From Ascoidea asiatica JCM 7603 (taxonomy: Eukaryota > Fungi > Ascomycota): DNA of 64,000 bases. The notes below the pieces were generated by a model. It saw only the letters and a program-made list of their open reading frames with translations, was not told where the DNA came from and searched no databases. The translations under genes and the position numbers were made by a program. Positions 36,353 through 49,179 of this stretch are shown piece after piece (position 1 is the stretch's first letter; every line of letters starts with the position of its first letter). The stretch spans positions 1,089,197 through 1,153,196 of the forward strand of contig BCKQ01000006.1 in the NCBI GenBank assembly GCA_001600695.1. The letters are read 5' to 3'.

Positions 36353-37816
36353 AAAAAGGACAATTTTGAATATTAATAATAATAGCTTAAGCAGAAATTT
36401 ATATTTAGATGAAAATGATGCTTTTGAAGATGGAAGAGAATAATATGATGCAAGTAGATATATAAGCTGTTAAAGCTGAAAGAGTTAATGTTCAGTTATT
36501 TTGCAAATCCTTATTAATCCTATCATTTACTAATCACATTTTTAATGTGAATTGATCCTCAAATGAATCTATCTAAATTCTGAAATTATTGAGTCCTTTT
36601 CAAATTTCAATTTCCTAACTTATTGACAATAAAACTACGATTTCCTTTGGGTTTTTGATTAAGGATAAATAATTATTAAAATAGTCTTATTTCATAACTT
36701 ATTTTATTTTTCTGCTTTAGGAAATTCTTTAATCGAAGCACTTAAGATCATTATCCCATTTTCCAAGCATTCCCTACAAAAGCAATTGTGATATTTGAGA
36801 TTGATTTTGAAATATATAAGTCTATTTTATTTTGGTGTAATATAAATAGTTCGGTATATATTTTATAACATATATCAATAAAGTACATGTATGTATTGCA
36901 AGATATTGGGATGATGTGGAAAAGTAAAAGTCAAAGAAGTATTATTATAAATGTTTGAAGTATTTAATTGATTTTTATTATCAATTGATGTGAGAGATTT
37001 TCTAAATTTTGTAATTTATCTCACCAGCTTTGAACGTACCGGTGTGTAATCTGCGTTAAGTCTGGCAGAAATAGAACAAAAGAGCACGCACCGGCCCACT
37101 AGCCACATCTTCCCACCGCTTGTTCTTGTCTCAGTAACTAACTTCCAGTGTCATGGTACAGCGCTACTTCCCTGTCCACGCCAAAGAGGAACCCTGCACT
37201 CTGCGGCTCTGACCTATCCGGCCGTGCTGATTCGCCAGGAGGGCAGCCAATATCTAAAAGGATCACGTGTTCTTTTTTCCGGTACTCCTCTGGCCCCCGG
37301 ACTCAGATTTCCCAATTCAAATCCAAATTGTTCAGATACAAGAAAAAGTCAAGAAAAGATGAAGAAAAAGAGAAGAAAAATCCACCTCGTCCAAAGCATC
37401 GGTTAACTCAATTTTTGCAGGTAAGTAACTGACGGTGAGTTTCTAACGTAACTTAATATAATTTTAGGATTTGTTAACTGTTCTTTAATATTTTATCTAT
37501 TCTTTTCATATCATATCTCTTAAATTACTTCTTTATCATTAACCACTTTAACCACTTTCCTTATTATTATATTGTATATAATATATATATTAATATACTT
37601 TTACTAAAATAATCTGCAATAACTACCACTAAAGTAGTATATTTTTTATATATTCTTTTAATTCTATTCTTTTTTAATGCATTGCTTTTTTCCCCAGATG
37701 CATTTAATAAAACTTCAAATCTATTAATTTTATCAACTAACTACTATTTATTAATATTTATATTACTTTAATGTAAAATAAATTCAAATCAATTATCTTA
37801 TTATCTTATTATCAAA

Positions 37817-40800
37817 ATGAGCCAAGTTAATAATAATTCATCTAATAATGTCGATATTAAACCAAAAATTCCATCTCCAATATCCAATATAAATTTAAAA
37901 CAAAAAAGAAAATTATCAAATGATTTAAAGTCAAAAAAAAAATCTAAAATTTCAATGAAATCTTCTGATAATTCATCTTTCAATTCAAATATTAATATTA
38001 ATTATAATAATAATAATAATAATAATAATAGTGATACTATTAGAAATACTAATAATTCAAATATTCTATTGAATAGACAAATAATTAAACCAAAACCTCC
38101 AAATCATCCTTCTGGTCATCGTCCTGTAACTTCTTGTACTCATTGTCGTCAGCATAAAATTAAATGCAATGCTTCTGATAATTATCCATCTCCTTGTTCA
38201 AGATGTGAAAAAATGAGTTTACATTGTGAAGTTGACCCTCAATTTAGACCAAGAAAAGGTTCTCAAATTCAAACTTTAAGAAATGATGTTGATGAATTAA
38301 AAGCTAAAATTGATTTTTTACAAAGAAATGAATCTTTAATTTCAAAAGTTTTATCAAATGCTAAAAATTCTTCTTCTAATACTACAATAAAAAATAATTC
38401 TTTTAGAAATTCAATTCAATCAAAATTTTCAATAAATGAAGAAAATCCAATTAAAAAATTATGTGATCCTTCAATAACAAAACCATTTCCATTACCTGGT
38501 TCTTCAAATTTAAATTCATTTTCTGATATAAATTCAGATTCTCTTTTCCCAATTAAACAAGCTCCTCAAATTCAGGTTCAACCATTACCTCTTCCTGGTC
38601 ATCAATTTATTGCTAAAACTTTTTTAAAAAATAATTCAAATTTACTAGTTAATGATCATACCTCAAATTCTTCTAATATTCCAAATAATAATGATAATTC
38701 AAATAACCCCAATATATCCAATAATATATCCAATAATATATCTAATGATATATCTAATAATAAAACCTCGAATAGTATCTCAAATTCAATATCTACCGAC
38801 AGTAATATAAACGAAAATACCAATTTCAATAATACTATCCTATCTCCTCATAATAAAGACTATTCTTCTCCTGAATTGCTTAATGATTCCGCTCCATCAA
38901 ATTCTAGTCAAAATACAAATAATTTACCTCCAAGCTTAAAGCAAGCTGTAATTGCCAGTAATATATCCCCAGATTCTTCTTTAGGTAGAATACTTAATCA
39001 TACTTCTACTTCTTCTAACTCCAATTTGAAAGATTATAAAACAAACAATAAATTCAACATATCAAATCAAAATAATAATAATAACAATAATAATAGTAAT
39101 AATGATAACAATAATATTGATAATAAAGATAGCAACAACAATAACAATAACACTAATAATAAAAGCAATAATAATAACAATAATGATAATAATAATTCCA
39201 ATAGCAATAATAACAATAATAATAATAACGAGTCCAATAAAGAGATTAATAGAAAATCAATTATGCAAGAAACCCCACCTTTAATAATTACAGCCCCTCC
39301 AGCTGAATTCAATTTAGGTGATGTTAGAATACCACTTGAAAAAGCAAATGAATTACATAAAAGATTTGTTAATGATTATTTACCATTTTTCCCAATTTTA
39401 CACACAAATAATGCAACTGAATTATATACTCAATCCCAGTTATTATTTTGGACTGTTTGTTTAACTGCTTGTTTATCAGATTCTGATCCTTCTTTATATA
39501 ATCAATTATCCTCTTTAATTAAACAGTTAGCTATAGAAACTTGTTGGATTAGAACTCCAAGATCAACTCATATCGTTCAAGCTTTATTGATTTTAAGTTG
39601 TTGGCCTTTACCAAATCAAAAAGTTCTCGATGATTGTTCTTATAGATTTATTGGTTTAGCAAAAAATTTAGGTTTTCAATTAGGTTTACATAGAGGTAAA
39701 TTTATTTCAGAATTCTCAAGAACTCAAGTTGCTTTGCCAAATGCTGTTAAATGGAGAACAATGACTTGGCTTGGTGTATTTTTTGAAGAACAATTCTGGG
39801 CTTCCGTTTTAGGTTTACCTGCCTCATTTCAAACTGATTTTTTAGTTGAAAATGCAAGATTAGATCATTCGTTACCAAAAAATTTTAGATCACTTATCTG
39901 CTTAGCTATATTTCAGGTAAAATTACAAAATGTAATGGGATCTTCTGTCACAAGTTCAGATGGTTTAATGGAAGCCAATAATAGAGCTGGTGCTTTAAAT
40001 ATTTTAGAAAGGGAATTAGATAGATTGGTATTTAAGTTACAGATTGATGATCCAATAACTGAATTATATTACTTATATGTCAAATTGAATGTTTGCTGTT
40101 ATGCTTTTTTACCTAATACTCCGCCAGAAGATCAAACTAAATATGTTACTATTGCTTATCTTGCTGCAACACGAATCATAACAATATTTTCAAAATTGGT
40201 TGAAAACAAGCAATTATCTGAATATCCTGTTTATGTTAGACATGCTGTCACGTATTCTGCTTTAATGCTTTTCCGATTACATTTAACCCCCTTGTTACTA
40301 GATAAATATATTGATTCAGCAAGACAATCTTTAGTAACCGTTCATAGATTATTTCGAAACATGTTGGCGTCGTGGAAAGATGTTGATAGTGATATATCCA
40401 GAACAGCTAAAGTTTTAGAAAACTTGAATTTTGTAATTATTACACAACCTGAGATTTTTCTGGAGGGTGAAGGTATTATTGTTAAAATGAGATCGCATTT
40501 AACCAATTCTTTATTTTATGATTTAATATGGTGTGTACATGAGGCTAGAAGAAGAAATTTGAAGAAACAAGAAGAAATCAAAGATAATCGAAATACTGAT
40601 AAAAAGAAAAAGGTTGATTCGCTCTTGTCAAATGGACAGAAACGTCCAATTCCATTGGCCTTCTATAATCAAATTACAAAAGACAATTTTTCTACTATCA
40701 CTTCAACTACTCCAGAAGGAACCACTGTAACTACATTGGTACCCACTCAATCCGCCTTGTCTACCGCAAATGCAACAGCGAGTGCTGCTGGTTTATCAGG

Positions 40801-42178
40801 ACCCACGGAAATTAGTGGTATTCCAATTGCATTACTAAATGCAACAGGTAGTGTATCTAATATAAAAGGTTTGCAAAAGAAGAACTCAAAAGGTGATAAA
40901 AGTCAAATGAATTCTCAAAATATCGCTGATAATTCCAAAATTTCAAGCATTAATGACAAAATCTCTGTTAAAAATAAGCGTCGTTCTAAACCAAAAAACG
41001 CTCTTCCTATATTGAACCGTTTAGATAAGAAATCTGAGGATCAGTTGGGTATCTCAGTACAAAAAATAAGTGCTAATAATAATAATAGTAACAACAATAG
41101 CTTTAAAAAAAAGGGATTTGATTATAAATCCGATTCTAATTCAAACTCTATGACCAAAAGCATCGGATCTAATATGGAAGGCGAGAATTTTGGCTTGAAT
41201 AGATCTCAAAATATTCATGATAATATAAATAATCCAAATAGCTTTGCTCAAAATGTTAAAATTCAACCCCGTCCGACTGTGAAATCACAGTTATCTTTAC
41301 AATCTCAAAGTAAATTCCAGAACCAATCTATAATTTCCAATAACAAGTTTAACACAAAGAATTCCAGTTCCAATAATAGTAGGTTTCCTTCTAATGTTCC
41401 TCCACCTAATCCCATGCCATCGCCTGTTTTAGAGCCTCAAGAAATTACAAATATGACTAGGAGCTTATCTGTCGGAACAAATAATAAAAGTAATAGAAAT
41501 AATGGTACCTATAATAATTACAATAGAAATATTAGTGGCTATAGTAATAATTATGGAAGTGATATAGATTCAAGTAATACTATAAGAAACATTGGTAATT
41601 TCAACACTATAAGCAAATATAATAGTAATAGTAACAATTTTGGTGATGATAGCAATAATAATTTTGTCAATAATAATAACTTCAATAAAAGCAGGAATCG
41701 TAGTAATTTTAATCAGAGTAATCAAAGTAATAATATAAATGATATTTCAAATGCTAGTTTTAATCTAAATGGAATGGTTGGAAGTGTGAGTATGAGTGCA
41801 AATCCTTCTCAAGGTTCAATTAACTCGAGTTATCAAAATCAAATGGGAATTGGTAATATGAATAGTCCGGGACTATTAGATAATATAAACTTGACTTCTA
41901 GTAATAACAATAACAATAACAATAACAATAAAAATAACAATAATAATAATACTAATACTAATAATATTAATAATAATTATAATAATAACAATTTTAATAA
42001 TAGTAGTAATAGCAATAATGGTAATAATGGTAATAATTCAAATCAAGCAAATGGTGAATTTGGAATCGATTTACCAGAAGAGTTTGAAGGATTTTTTGAA
42101 AATCAAAGATATGATTGGATGGAAGGTAATGATGATTTTCTTGGGTGGCTAGATATGAATATGAAACCAGAATTTTGA
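37817..42178 (+). CDS. SEF1: Zn(II)2Cys6 transcription factor Sef1
   Basis: HRPVTSCTHCRQHKIKCNAS..PCSRC..CEVDPQFRPRKGSQ, LAIETCWIRTPRSTH and the C-terminal DDFLGWLDMNM. Confidence 0.95.
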   Translation: MSQVNNNSSNNVDIKPKIPSPISNINLKQKRKLSNDLKSKKKSKISMKSSDNSSFNSNININYNNNNNNNNSDTIRNTNNSNILLNRQIIKPKPPNHPSGHRPVTSCTHCRQHKIKCNASDNYPSPCSRCEKMSLHCEVDPQFRPRKGSQIQTLRNDVDELKAKIDFLQRNESLISKVLSNAKNSSSNTTIKNNSFRNSIQSKFSINEENPIKKLCDPSITKPFPLPGSSNLNSFSDINSDSLFPIKQAPQIQVQPLPLPGHQFIAKTFLKNNSNLLVNDHTSNSSNIPNNNDNSNNPNISNNISNNISNDISNNKTSNSISNSISTDSNINENTNFNNTILSPHNKDYSSPELLNDSAPSNSSQNTNNLPPSLKQAVIASNISPDSSLGRILNHTSTSSNSNLKDYKTNNKFNISNQNNNNNNNNSNNDNNNIDNKDSNNNNNNTNNKSNNNNNNDNNNSNSNNNNNNNNESNKEINRKSIMQETPPLIITAPPAEFNLGDVRIPLEKANELHKRFVNDYLPFFPILHTNNATELYTQSQLLFWTVCLTACLSDSDPSLYNQLSSLIKQLAIETCWIRTPRSTHIVQALLILSCWPLPNQKVLDDCSYRFIGLAKNLGFQLGLHRGKFISEFSRTQVALPNAVKWRTMTWLGVFFEEQFWASVLGLPASFQTDFLVENARLDHSLPKNFRSLICLAIFQVKLQNVMGSSVTSSDGLMEANNRAGALNILERELDRLVFKLQIDDPITELYYLYVKLNVCCYAFLPNTPPEDQTKYVTIAYLAATRIITIFSKLVENKQLSEYPVYVRHAVTYSALMLFRLHLTPLLLDKYIDSARQSLVTVHRLFRNMLASWKDVDSDISRTAKVLENLNFVIITQPEIFLEGEGIIVKMRSHLTNSLFYDLIWCVHEARRRNLKKQEEIKDNRNTDKKKKVDSLLSNGQKRPIPLAFYNQITKDNFSTITSTTPEGTTVTTLVPTQSALSTANATASAAGLSGPTEISGIPIALLNATGSVSNIKGLQKKNSKGDKSQMNSQNIADNSKISSINDKISVKNKRRSKPKNALPILNRLDKKSEDQLGISVQKISANNNNSNNNSFKKKGFDYKSDSNSNSMTKSIGSNMEGENFGLNRSQNIHDNINNPNSFAQNVKIQPRPTVKSQLSLQSQSKFQNQSIISNNKFNTKNSSSNNSRFPSNVPPPNPMPSPVLEPQEITNMTRSLSVGTNNKSNRNNGTYNNYNRNISGYSNNYGSDIDSSNTIRNIGNFNTISKYNSNSNNFGDDSNNNFVNNNNFNKSRNRSNFNQSNQSNNINDISNASFNLNGMVGSVSMSANPSQGSINSSYQNQMGIGNMNSPGLLDNINLTSSNNNNNNNNNKNNNNNNTNTNNINNNYNNNNFNNSSNSNNGNNGNNSNQANGEFGIDLPEEFEGFFENQRYDWMEGNDDFLGWLDMNMKPEF

Positions 42179-43523
42179 TTTTGAATAAAATTGATTTTTA
42201 AATTATAATTATAAATATATTTATGGTTTTAATTATAGTTTTTGTAATGTATTTATGTATTATATTTTTCTAATGCTTTTTTCTATATTTTTTACTTATC
42301 ATTTTTAAGCTTTCAGATTTTTTTTTTTCATTTCAGATTTTTTTTGACTTTTTGTATATTTTTTTCAATTATGATGATTATTAATTTATATATTTTATGT
42401 ACAAGTTTAAAGAAATTTATTCATTTCTTTAATTGAATTATATTATAAGAAAAAATAAGATAGTAGCCGACAAGCCAACAGTTTTTTTAAATCTTTTATT
42501 ACCTTTTAAAAAATGTATTTTGTTAAAGTAACACCTTTAGCTGCTTTAGATTCAATGAATATTTCTTATTGCAACTTTTTGGTGAGAAAATAGTTTATTT
42601 CTCATTTAAGTAATTGAAAGCATTAAGTTGATGTGATTTCTTTTCAAGTATATTTATAATTAATAATATTACAGTTTTTTGACTAAATTATCGAATAAGA
42701 TATAAATATACTTCTTCTTATCAATAGAATTTCATTTAATTGGTAGTTATAATCTTTAGTATCATTTTAAACAATAAGTCTCTGGTCTTCAAAGGAAGCT
42801 TCACCCAAACACCAATTCATCTTATTTATTCACAGATTTAATTAAATATAAAATCTACAGTATTAGAAACGACAATAATTTTTCTAATAGTTTCTTTATA
42901 ACCACCTTATTCCAATTTGATAATTGTGATTTAAATAACATAAATTATCACTATACTTTATATTATGATTTCAGTTATAAATTAAAAAAGTACAAAATCA
43001 AAATTTCAAATCACATTTTTTTATAATTAGTGAAAATAAAATGCAATTCCTAAAGTTTCAATTAACATTTATATCATCTTCAATTAAACACCACCTAATT
43101 CTTCAAATAATATATCATTAATTAATTAGTCTTATTTAAAAATCTAAATTTAAAGTCAAAATAATAGCTATTGATAATTTAAACTCATAAATTCAAATAG
43201 AATCCTTTTTATATAACTAAATTATAGTAGATTAATTGAAAAAACAAAACAATTATCTTTTCATTAAATCAAATAGAATAATTATACTAAATTTATAGGT
43301 ATTCAATAGTTATCAATATTCTTAGAAGTTATTCAATAAAATTTGGATTCCATAACATTATTCTTTTTTTTTATCGTTTCATAATTATTATAATTATTTT
43401 ATTCTACTATAATGATTAAACAGAAGAATTAATTGAAATGTGATATTGAGTATTTAGTTGTATTATAAAAGTATTTAAAATAGTAAGAATAGTAAGAATA
43501 GTAAGAATAGTAAGTAAATAAGT

Positions 43524-44318
43524 TCAATCTTTTAAAGATGTAAAACGTAAATACGGTTTAATTTTTTTAAATTGACCAAATTTTGCTTTAGCAGCATCAT
43601 CAGAAACAGAAGGAGGAATTATAACATTATCACCCTTATTCCAATCAATTGGAGTTACCACTCCATTTTTATCACCAGTTTGTAAAGAGTCTAATACTCT
43701 TAAAATTTCTTTTGAATTTCTACCAACTGAAGGAGGATAAGTTATAATTATTCTAATCTTTTTTGAAGGATCAATAATATAAACAGATCTAATAGTTTGA
43801 ACTATACCACCATTTAAATTTTTAAAACCTTCTTCATCTACCATATCATAAAGAAAAGCTACTTCTCTTGAAGTATCTGCAATAATTGGAAAATTAAATT
43901 TCTCCATTTTTTCAATATCTTCAATATCCTTAATCCAATCATTATGTTTTTGTACATCTTCAGCAGATAAACCAATTAATTTTGTATTTCTTTTATCAAA
44001 TTCAGGTTTTAATCTTGAAAAAGTACCTAATTCAGTTGTACAAACTGGAGTAAAATCAGCAGGATGAGAAAATAAAATAGCCCAAGAATTTTGAATGAAA
44101 TCATGAAAATCAATAACTCCTTCGGTTGTAGTAGCCTTGAAATTAGGAGCAATGCTATTTAACCTAATTCTTGGTTGTTTAGATTGATCAAAAGTTAAGA
44201 ATCTTTTGAAATTTGAATTAATGGAAAAACCTGGGGAAACATTAGAAGAAAAGGAGGTTAAAGGAAGGAAATTCTTGGAAGAAGAAAGAATTGAACGAGA
44301 TATATTACGAGAGAACAT
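43524..44318 (-). CDS. PRX1: Mitochondrial 1-Cys peroxiredoxin
   Basis: Mitochondrial presequence, FSHPADFTPVCTTE, YPPSVGRN and KPYLRFT. Confidence 0.95.
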   Translation of the reverse strand: MFSRNISRSILSSSKNFLPLTSFSSNVSPGFSINSNFKRFLTFDQSKQPRIRLNSIAPNFKATTTEGVIDFHDFIQNSWAILFSHPADFTPVCTTELGTFSRLKPEFDKRNTKLIGLSAEDVQKHNDWIKDIEDIEKMEKFNFPIIADTSREVAFLYDMVDEEGFKNLNGGIVQTIRSVYIIDPSKKIRIIITYPPSVGRNSKEILRVLDSLQTGDKNGVVTPIDWNKGDNVIIPPSVSDDAAKAKFGQFKKIKPYLRFTSLKD

Positions 44319-45922
44319 ATTGAAATCTGTCTAAGGTTTAATAAATAACTTTTCTTATCTTTTGAAATTATTTTCTATATGTTTTTTGTATCTAGCTTCT
44401 TATTTTATATTTCCTTTATTGATTTCTTCCTTATTATATTCCTTCTTCCTAGTTTTGAACTGTTAAGGAAATAATAAAATCCTTTGGGGGTCTGCCTGTG
44501 ACATTACGCCATTTCAAAGGGGTCTCTTTTCTCAAATCTGGGGTCTATATATATATATGTATTCGCATGTGTATCCACGCTAGAGAATGCACTCATATGC
44601 AGTAAATGATTTCCGACTGTAAATGCTGCTGGTTTTCATGCTCACGTGTCCGGTCATGTGACTCGTGTTTCTTGAGATCTGCTCTGAGAAGGTGCGTTCT
44701 TGGCAGGGTGAAAGCAGAGCTCAGCCCCAGGTCTGGCGTTTGTGGCGCAGCAGTTTAACTTTCTCGCGTTCTCAACGCAACTTTCCACGCTGATTTTTCA
44801 TTTTGCAGCTTTGGAGATTTTTGGAGAATTTTTACCGGTTGAAATATTTTTATTTCACCAGAATTTATCCAAAATTTATTTATTTACATGAAAAAAAAAA
44901 TATTTTTTCAGTCACCTGCTGGGAGGACTGTTGTGGTAGTGAAAACCTCCAATAACATGAACAATCAGTCAATCGATTGAGTAACTAATTAGCTAAATAG
45001 CTGGATGATAATTATAATATGAAAAATATTGTTTTATTATTATCAATTGAGTGGTTGATAACTAATTAACTAACTAAATAATCAAATAACTACTGTCCAG
45101 TCTCATTCTCTCTGTCTGTCTGCGATACCAAAACAAAAAAATATTTTTTTTTTTCTGAAATTTTAACTGACTTAACCTTACTGATATTGATACAACAATA
45201 ATTTTTATTTCATTTCCATTATTTATTATCTATTATTTATCTTATTTATCTTATTTATCATATTTATTTTCAAATTTATATAATTTATATAATTTATATA
45301 ATTTTGTACAAAAATATTTCAAAAATTTACTTAAAAATTAATATCAAAATCAATATAAAAATATTATATAATAATTATAATAATATACTGTATAATATCA
45401 TATAATATAATATAATATAATATAATAATATAATATAATATAACCCAGTTTAGTTTAATTCAAACAATAAAGTATGTTGTCTATAATTTTTCACCCAATT
45501 CTATTAAAACTTATCTATTAAGCTATGTATTTAATTATACCTTTGTATCTATGAATATTCATATATTAACAATAAATTTACTTTACCTTATCTAGTATCT
45601 CATATTAAAATACTAAAATATTAAAATATTAAAATATAAAAATATAAAAATATAAAAATATAAAAATATAAAAAAATATCAATAATATATTTATTTTCGA
45701 TTATCAACTTATTATAAATTAAATTTCTCAAAATATTATTCCCCTATTTATATATTTGATTCTATATTTAATTCTATCCATTTTTTTTGCTTTTACAAAA
45801 TCAAAGAAATTTCTAATAATATTTGCCTTTTATGCTAATAATATTTAAAATCAAATTTAAAATAATCAAATTAATTATAATATAATAAAATATAATAAAA
45901 TATAATAAAATACCACTCCAAT

Positions 45923-46201
45923 ATGACGTCTTACACTCACACCTCAAATTCAACTAATAATCATCATTCTCATTCTCATTCTCAATCACAACAATCAAAT
46001 CACTCTCGTGCAAATTCAAATGCAAACTTAAATTCAAATTCAAATTCAAATTCAAACCTATCTTTAAATAATACTTCTATTCCTCTTAATAATTCTTTCC
46101 AAACAAGACGTTCTTCAACAACTTCCCCTTATGCAATACCCGTTAGACCAAGAGCAAATTCAACAGCTTCCCCTTACTCCATCCCAATATTATATCGTCC
46201 C

Positions 46202-46239
<38 letters not shown>

Positions 46240-47158
46240 TAACTCAAATATAAATAAGTCTAAGAATAATAACTCTATTGATAATCAAAATTCAAGTTTA
46301 AAAGAATTTAGAGATAATTTAAAACAAAGTATGAAAGATCATCCTCAAAATCAAAATAAATTTTATCATTCAAACTCTCATCTAAATCCTCACTCAAATA
46401 ATTTCAATATTAATATTAATAATCAAATAAATCCAAATCCACCTTTATTAACAAGAGAATTTGTAGTTAGAAGAATATCTGAAGGTGAATCTGGGAGATT
46501 GAAAGAGAATGTAAGATGTGAAGCTTGTGGTAAAGGTTATAAACATATATCTTCTTTGGCAAAACATCTTTGGGAACATACTGCAGAATGGAATTATACA
46601 AAAAAGTTATTAATTTCAAAACATCAACAAGTTCAATTATTAGAAGCTGCTTCAGTATTAGTTTCAATGAATGAGAAAACAAATTTAACTTCAAATTTAA
46701 CTTCAACTTCAAACTCAACTTCAAACTCAGATTCAAATTTCAACTTAGATTCTACTTTAACAAAATCTTTAAAGCTGAAAGAATTTATTACACCTTCTCC
46801 AAAAAATTTTCCTCTGAAGTTATCTTCCATAAATTCAAATTCAACCTCAGATTCAAACTTACCTATATCTCATTCTTCTTATTTAGATTCCCCAGCTAAA
46901 AATCAATTTCAAAATCAATCTATCAGAAATAACCAAATTTTGAATAATAGAAGATCTTCATTAGATCCAAATTCTGCTTTAAGCTTATTAAAAAATAAAT
47001 CAATTCAAAATTCTTATTTAAATCACGATTTTAGTTCAAATGATAATCATCTTTTAAAAATGAAAGATGGTATAAGGGATGAATTTTTAGAGGAAGAAGA
47101 CGAATTTGGTTCTTCAGTTACTATGAATAATGAAGAAAATAATCAAACTAATCAAACT

Positions 47159-47206
<48 letters not shown>

Positions 47207-47431
47207 CTAAGAGAAAGTTTATCTCCTAATGAAAGCATAATGATCAATTCAACCAATAGTTTAGCGAAAGTTTCATCCAATAGTACAACAAATAGTACAA
47301 GATACTCTACTCCAACTATAAAGGAAGATTTACCCTCAATATCAATCTCAAAATCTTCAAGTTCTATCGATAATGCTAAAAATCTCACACCTGAAGGTAA
47401 GTTATCACTAAGACCCTCATCATCCCCATAA
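45923..47431 (+). CDS. Fungal C2H2 zinc-finger protein
   Basis: CEACGKGYKHISSLAKHLWEH followed by the conserved KLLISKHQQVQLLEAASVLV. Confidence 0.8.
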
Positions 47432-47929
47432 TATAAAAAATTAATATTTGATATTTTTGTTCAAATATTTTTACTTGATATAACATCAAATCCTTAAAAG
47501 TAATGAAATTATTATTTATTATTCCTTCTTTTTAATTTTGTATTTCATTGCATTTAAAGCAATAAAAAATTTCATAAATTTCTCGGTTTCTTTCAGTTCA
47601 TGCTCTGTAATGATAATTCTATTTTTTTCTTTTTCTTTTTAATTTATTTTATTATCAAAAATTTTTATTTCTGTTCGTTTCGAGCTTTTTTTTATTTTGA
47701 GTCTGAAAAAGCAGTTTCATCTTTAACTTTTTTTTTTTTTCTTATTTTGCTATCATACTTGGAATAAATTCGCATGTAATTGATATGAATCTAAATTTTT
47801 TTTTATTGGAAAAAAAAAAAAAACACAAAATTGGATAAGCGATTACAAGATTTTTTTTCTATTGTATAAAAATTAGAGCGTATTATAATTTGACAAATAG
47901 CTTATTTAATTTAAATCAAGTTTTATTAT

Positions 47930-48823
47930 CTAATTGCTATTTAGTAATGAGTCTCCTTTTTTGTTTAAAACTTTCAAAAAAAAATCTATTGGTATAATAC
48001 CATCTGAATTACCTGCAGATAAAATCACATTATTTTTACTTTTATAGAAAATTATATTATTCTCAATACATTTCTTGATATCTAAGTAAATGAAAACGTT
48101 TGCATTTCTTCTAATACCTGATATCACATCTGTAGAAATATTATTATTATTAATTTTATTAGTAATATCGTTTGGAGATATATCAGAATTAAAGTGAGAA
48201 TTTTCCTTTATGAGATTGTTACTGATATTTTGAGTTGGTAAAAAAGAAGAAAAATGAATATGATTTCTATTCATCTTTTTTAAGCCTTCTGATTGTTGAA
48301 TTAGTTTCCATTTGTCTAGATAGGTTCCATGAATTATATTCAAAGGAAAATCTTCTGGATAATTGTTTAATCTTGTAAGATTTGAATTATCAATTATTTC
48401 AATTGAATGACCTTGATTAGCACATATATAAAATTTACCATCGTCCCTTTTGAGTAAAGTGAATCTTTTCTTATCATTATTTTCAACAATTTGTTTGATT
48501 TCTTCAAATTTAACATCAAGAGATTTTAGATAATTATGATTTAAAAGAGTATCCAAAAGTATAAACCCAGAAGCATCAATTGGTAAATTTTCTTTAATTG
48601 CTTGATGTCTTAATAATTTGGATAAAAGTTTAGAAATCTTAATGGATCTTTGTTCTTGGGGTGAACGATTTTGTAAACTTTTATTTCTTATTCTTTTGGA
48701 ACTTTTAAGACTTTGAGTACTAATAGAATTACTGGAATTATTGAAATTTTTGCTGTTTATGTTTTTTTCAAAATCAGGTTCCTTTTCTGAAGTATTTTCA
48801 TTATTTTCATTGATTGCAATCAT
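47930..48823 (-). CDS. TPT1: tRNA 2'-phosphotransferase
   Basis: SKLLSKLLRH, NDKKRF, ANQGHS, HGT, RNHIHF and SKNNVIL. Confidence 0.93.
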   Translation of the reverse strand: MIAINENNENTSEKEPDFEKNINSKNFNNSSNSISTQSLKSSKRIRNKSLQNRSPQEQRSIKISKLLSKLLRHQAIKENLPIDASGFILLDTLLNHNYLKSLDVKFEEIKQIVENNDKKRFTLLKRDDGKFYICANQGHSIEIIDNSNLTRLNNYPEDFPLNIIHGTYLDKWKLIQQSEGLKKMNRNHIHFSSFLPTQNISNNLIKENSHFNSDISPNDITNKINNNNISTDVISGIRRNANVFIYLDIKKCIENNIIFYKSKNNVILSAGNSDGIIPIDFFLKVLNKKGDSLLNSN

Positions 48824-49179
48824 TGTTATTGAGATAATTGTTTGATATGTAAAAATTAAATTGATTATAAAATTGAATTTTAAAAACTGATTATCGCCAA
48901 TGATCTCAAAAAATTATTATTGATGATATTCAAAACAGAATCAAAACAGATTTAATGGAAAATAAATCCGAGGGGTTCCGTTCAACGGATTTACCATCGC
49001 TGCAACTGCTACTTTAATAAATTCTATGGACTATTTGATTTTATTTTATTTGAAATAATATCGAGTCTTTCATATTCTACAATCAAGAACATATTTGAGC
49101 TATTTACAAAAAACAATCAAGAAATTGGCATTCTGGTATAATGACAAGTATTAATGTCAACTTTTTGAAATATAAACCA

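Noticed and set aside
37421-37697. 5'-UTR intron of SEF1 (GTAAGT...CCCCAG)
   Set aside because: No convincing branch point; unsupported without RNA data.
42480-43400. Possible decayed gene or plasmid insert between SEF1 and PRX1
   Set aside because: Only short stop-riddled frames with no recognisable motif.
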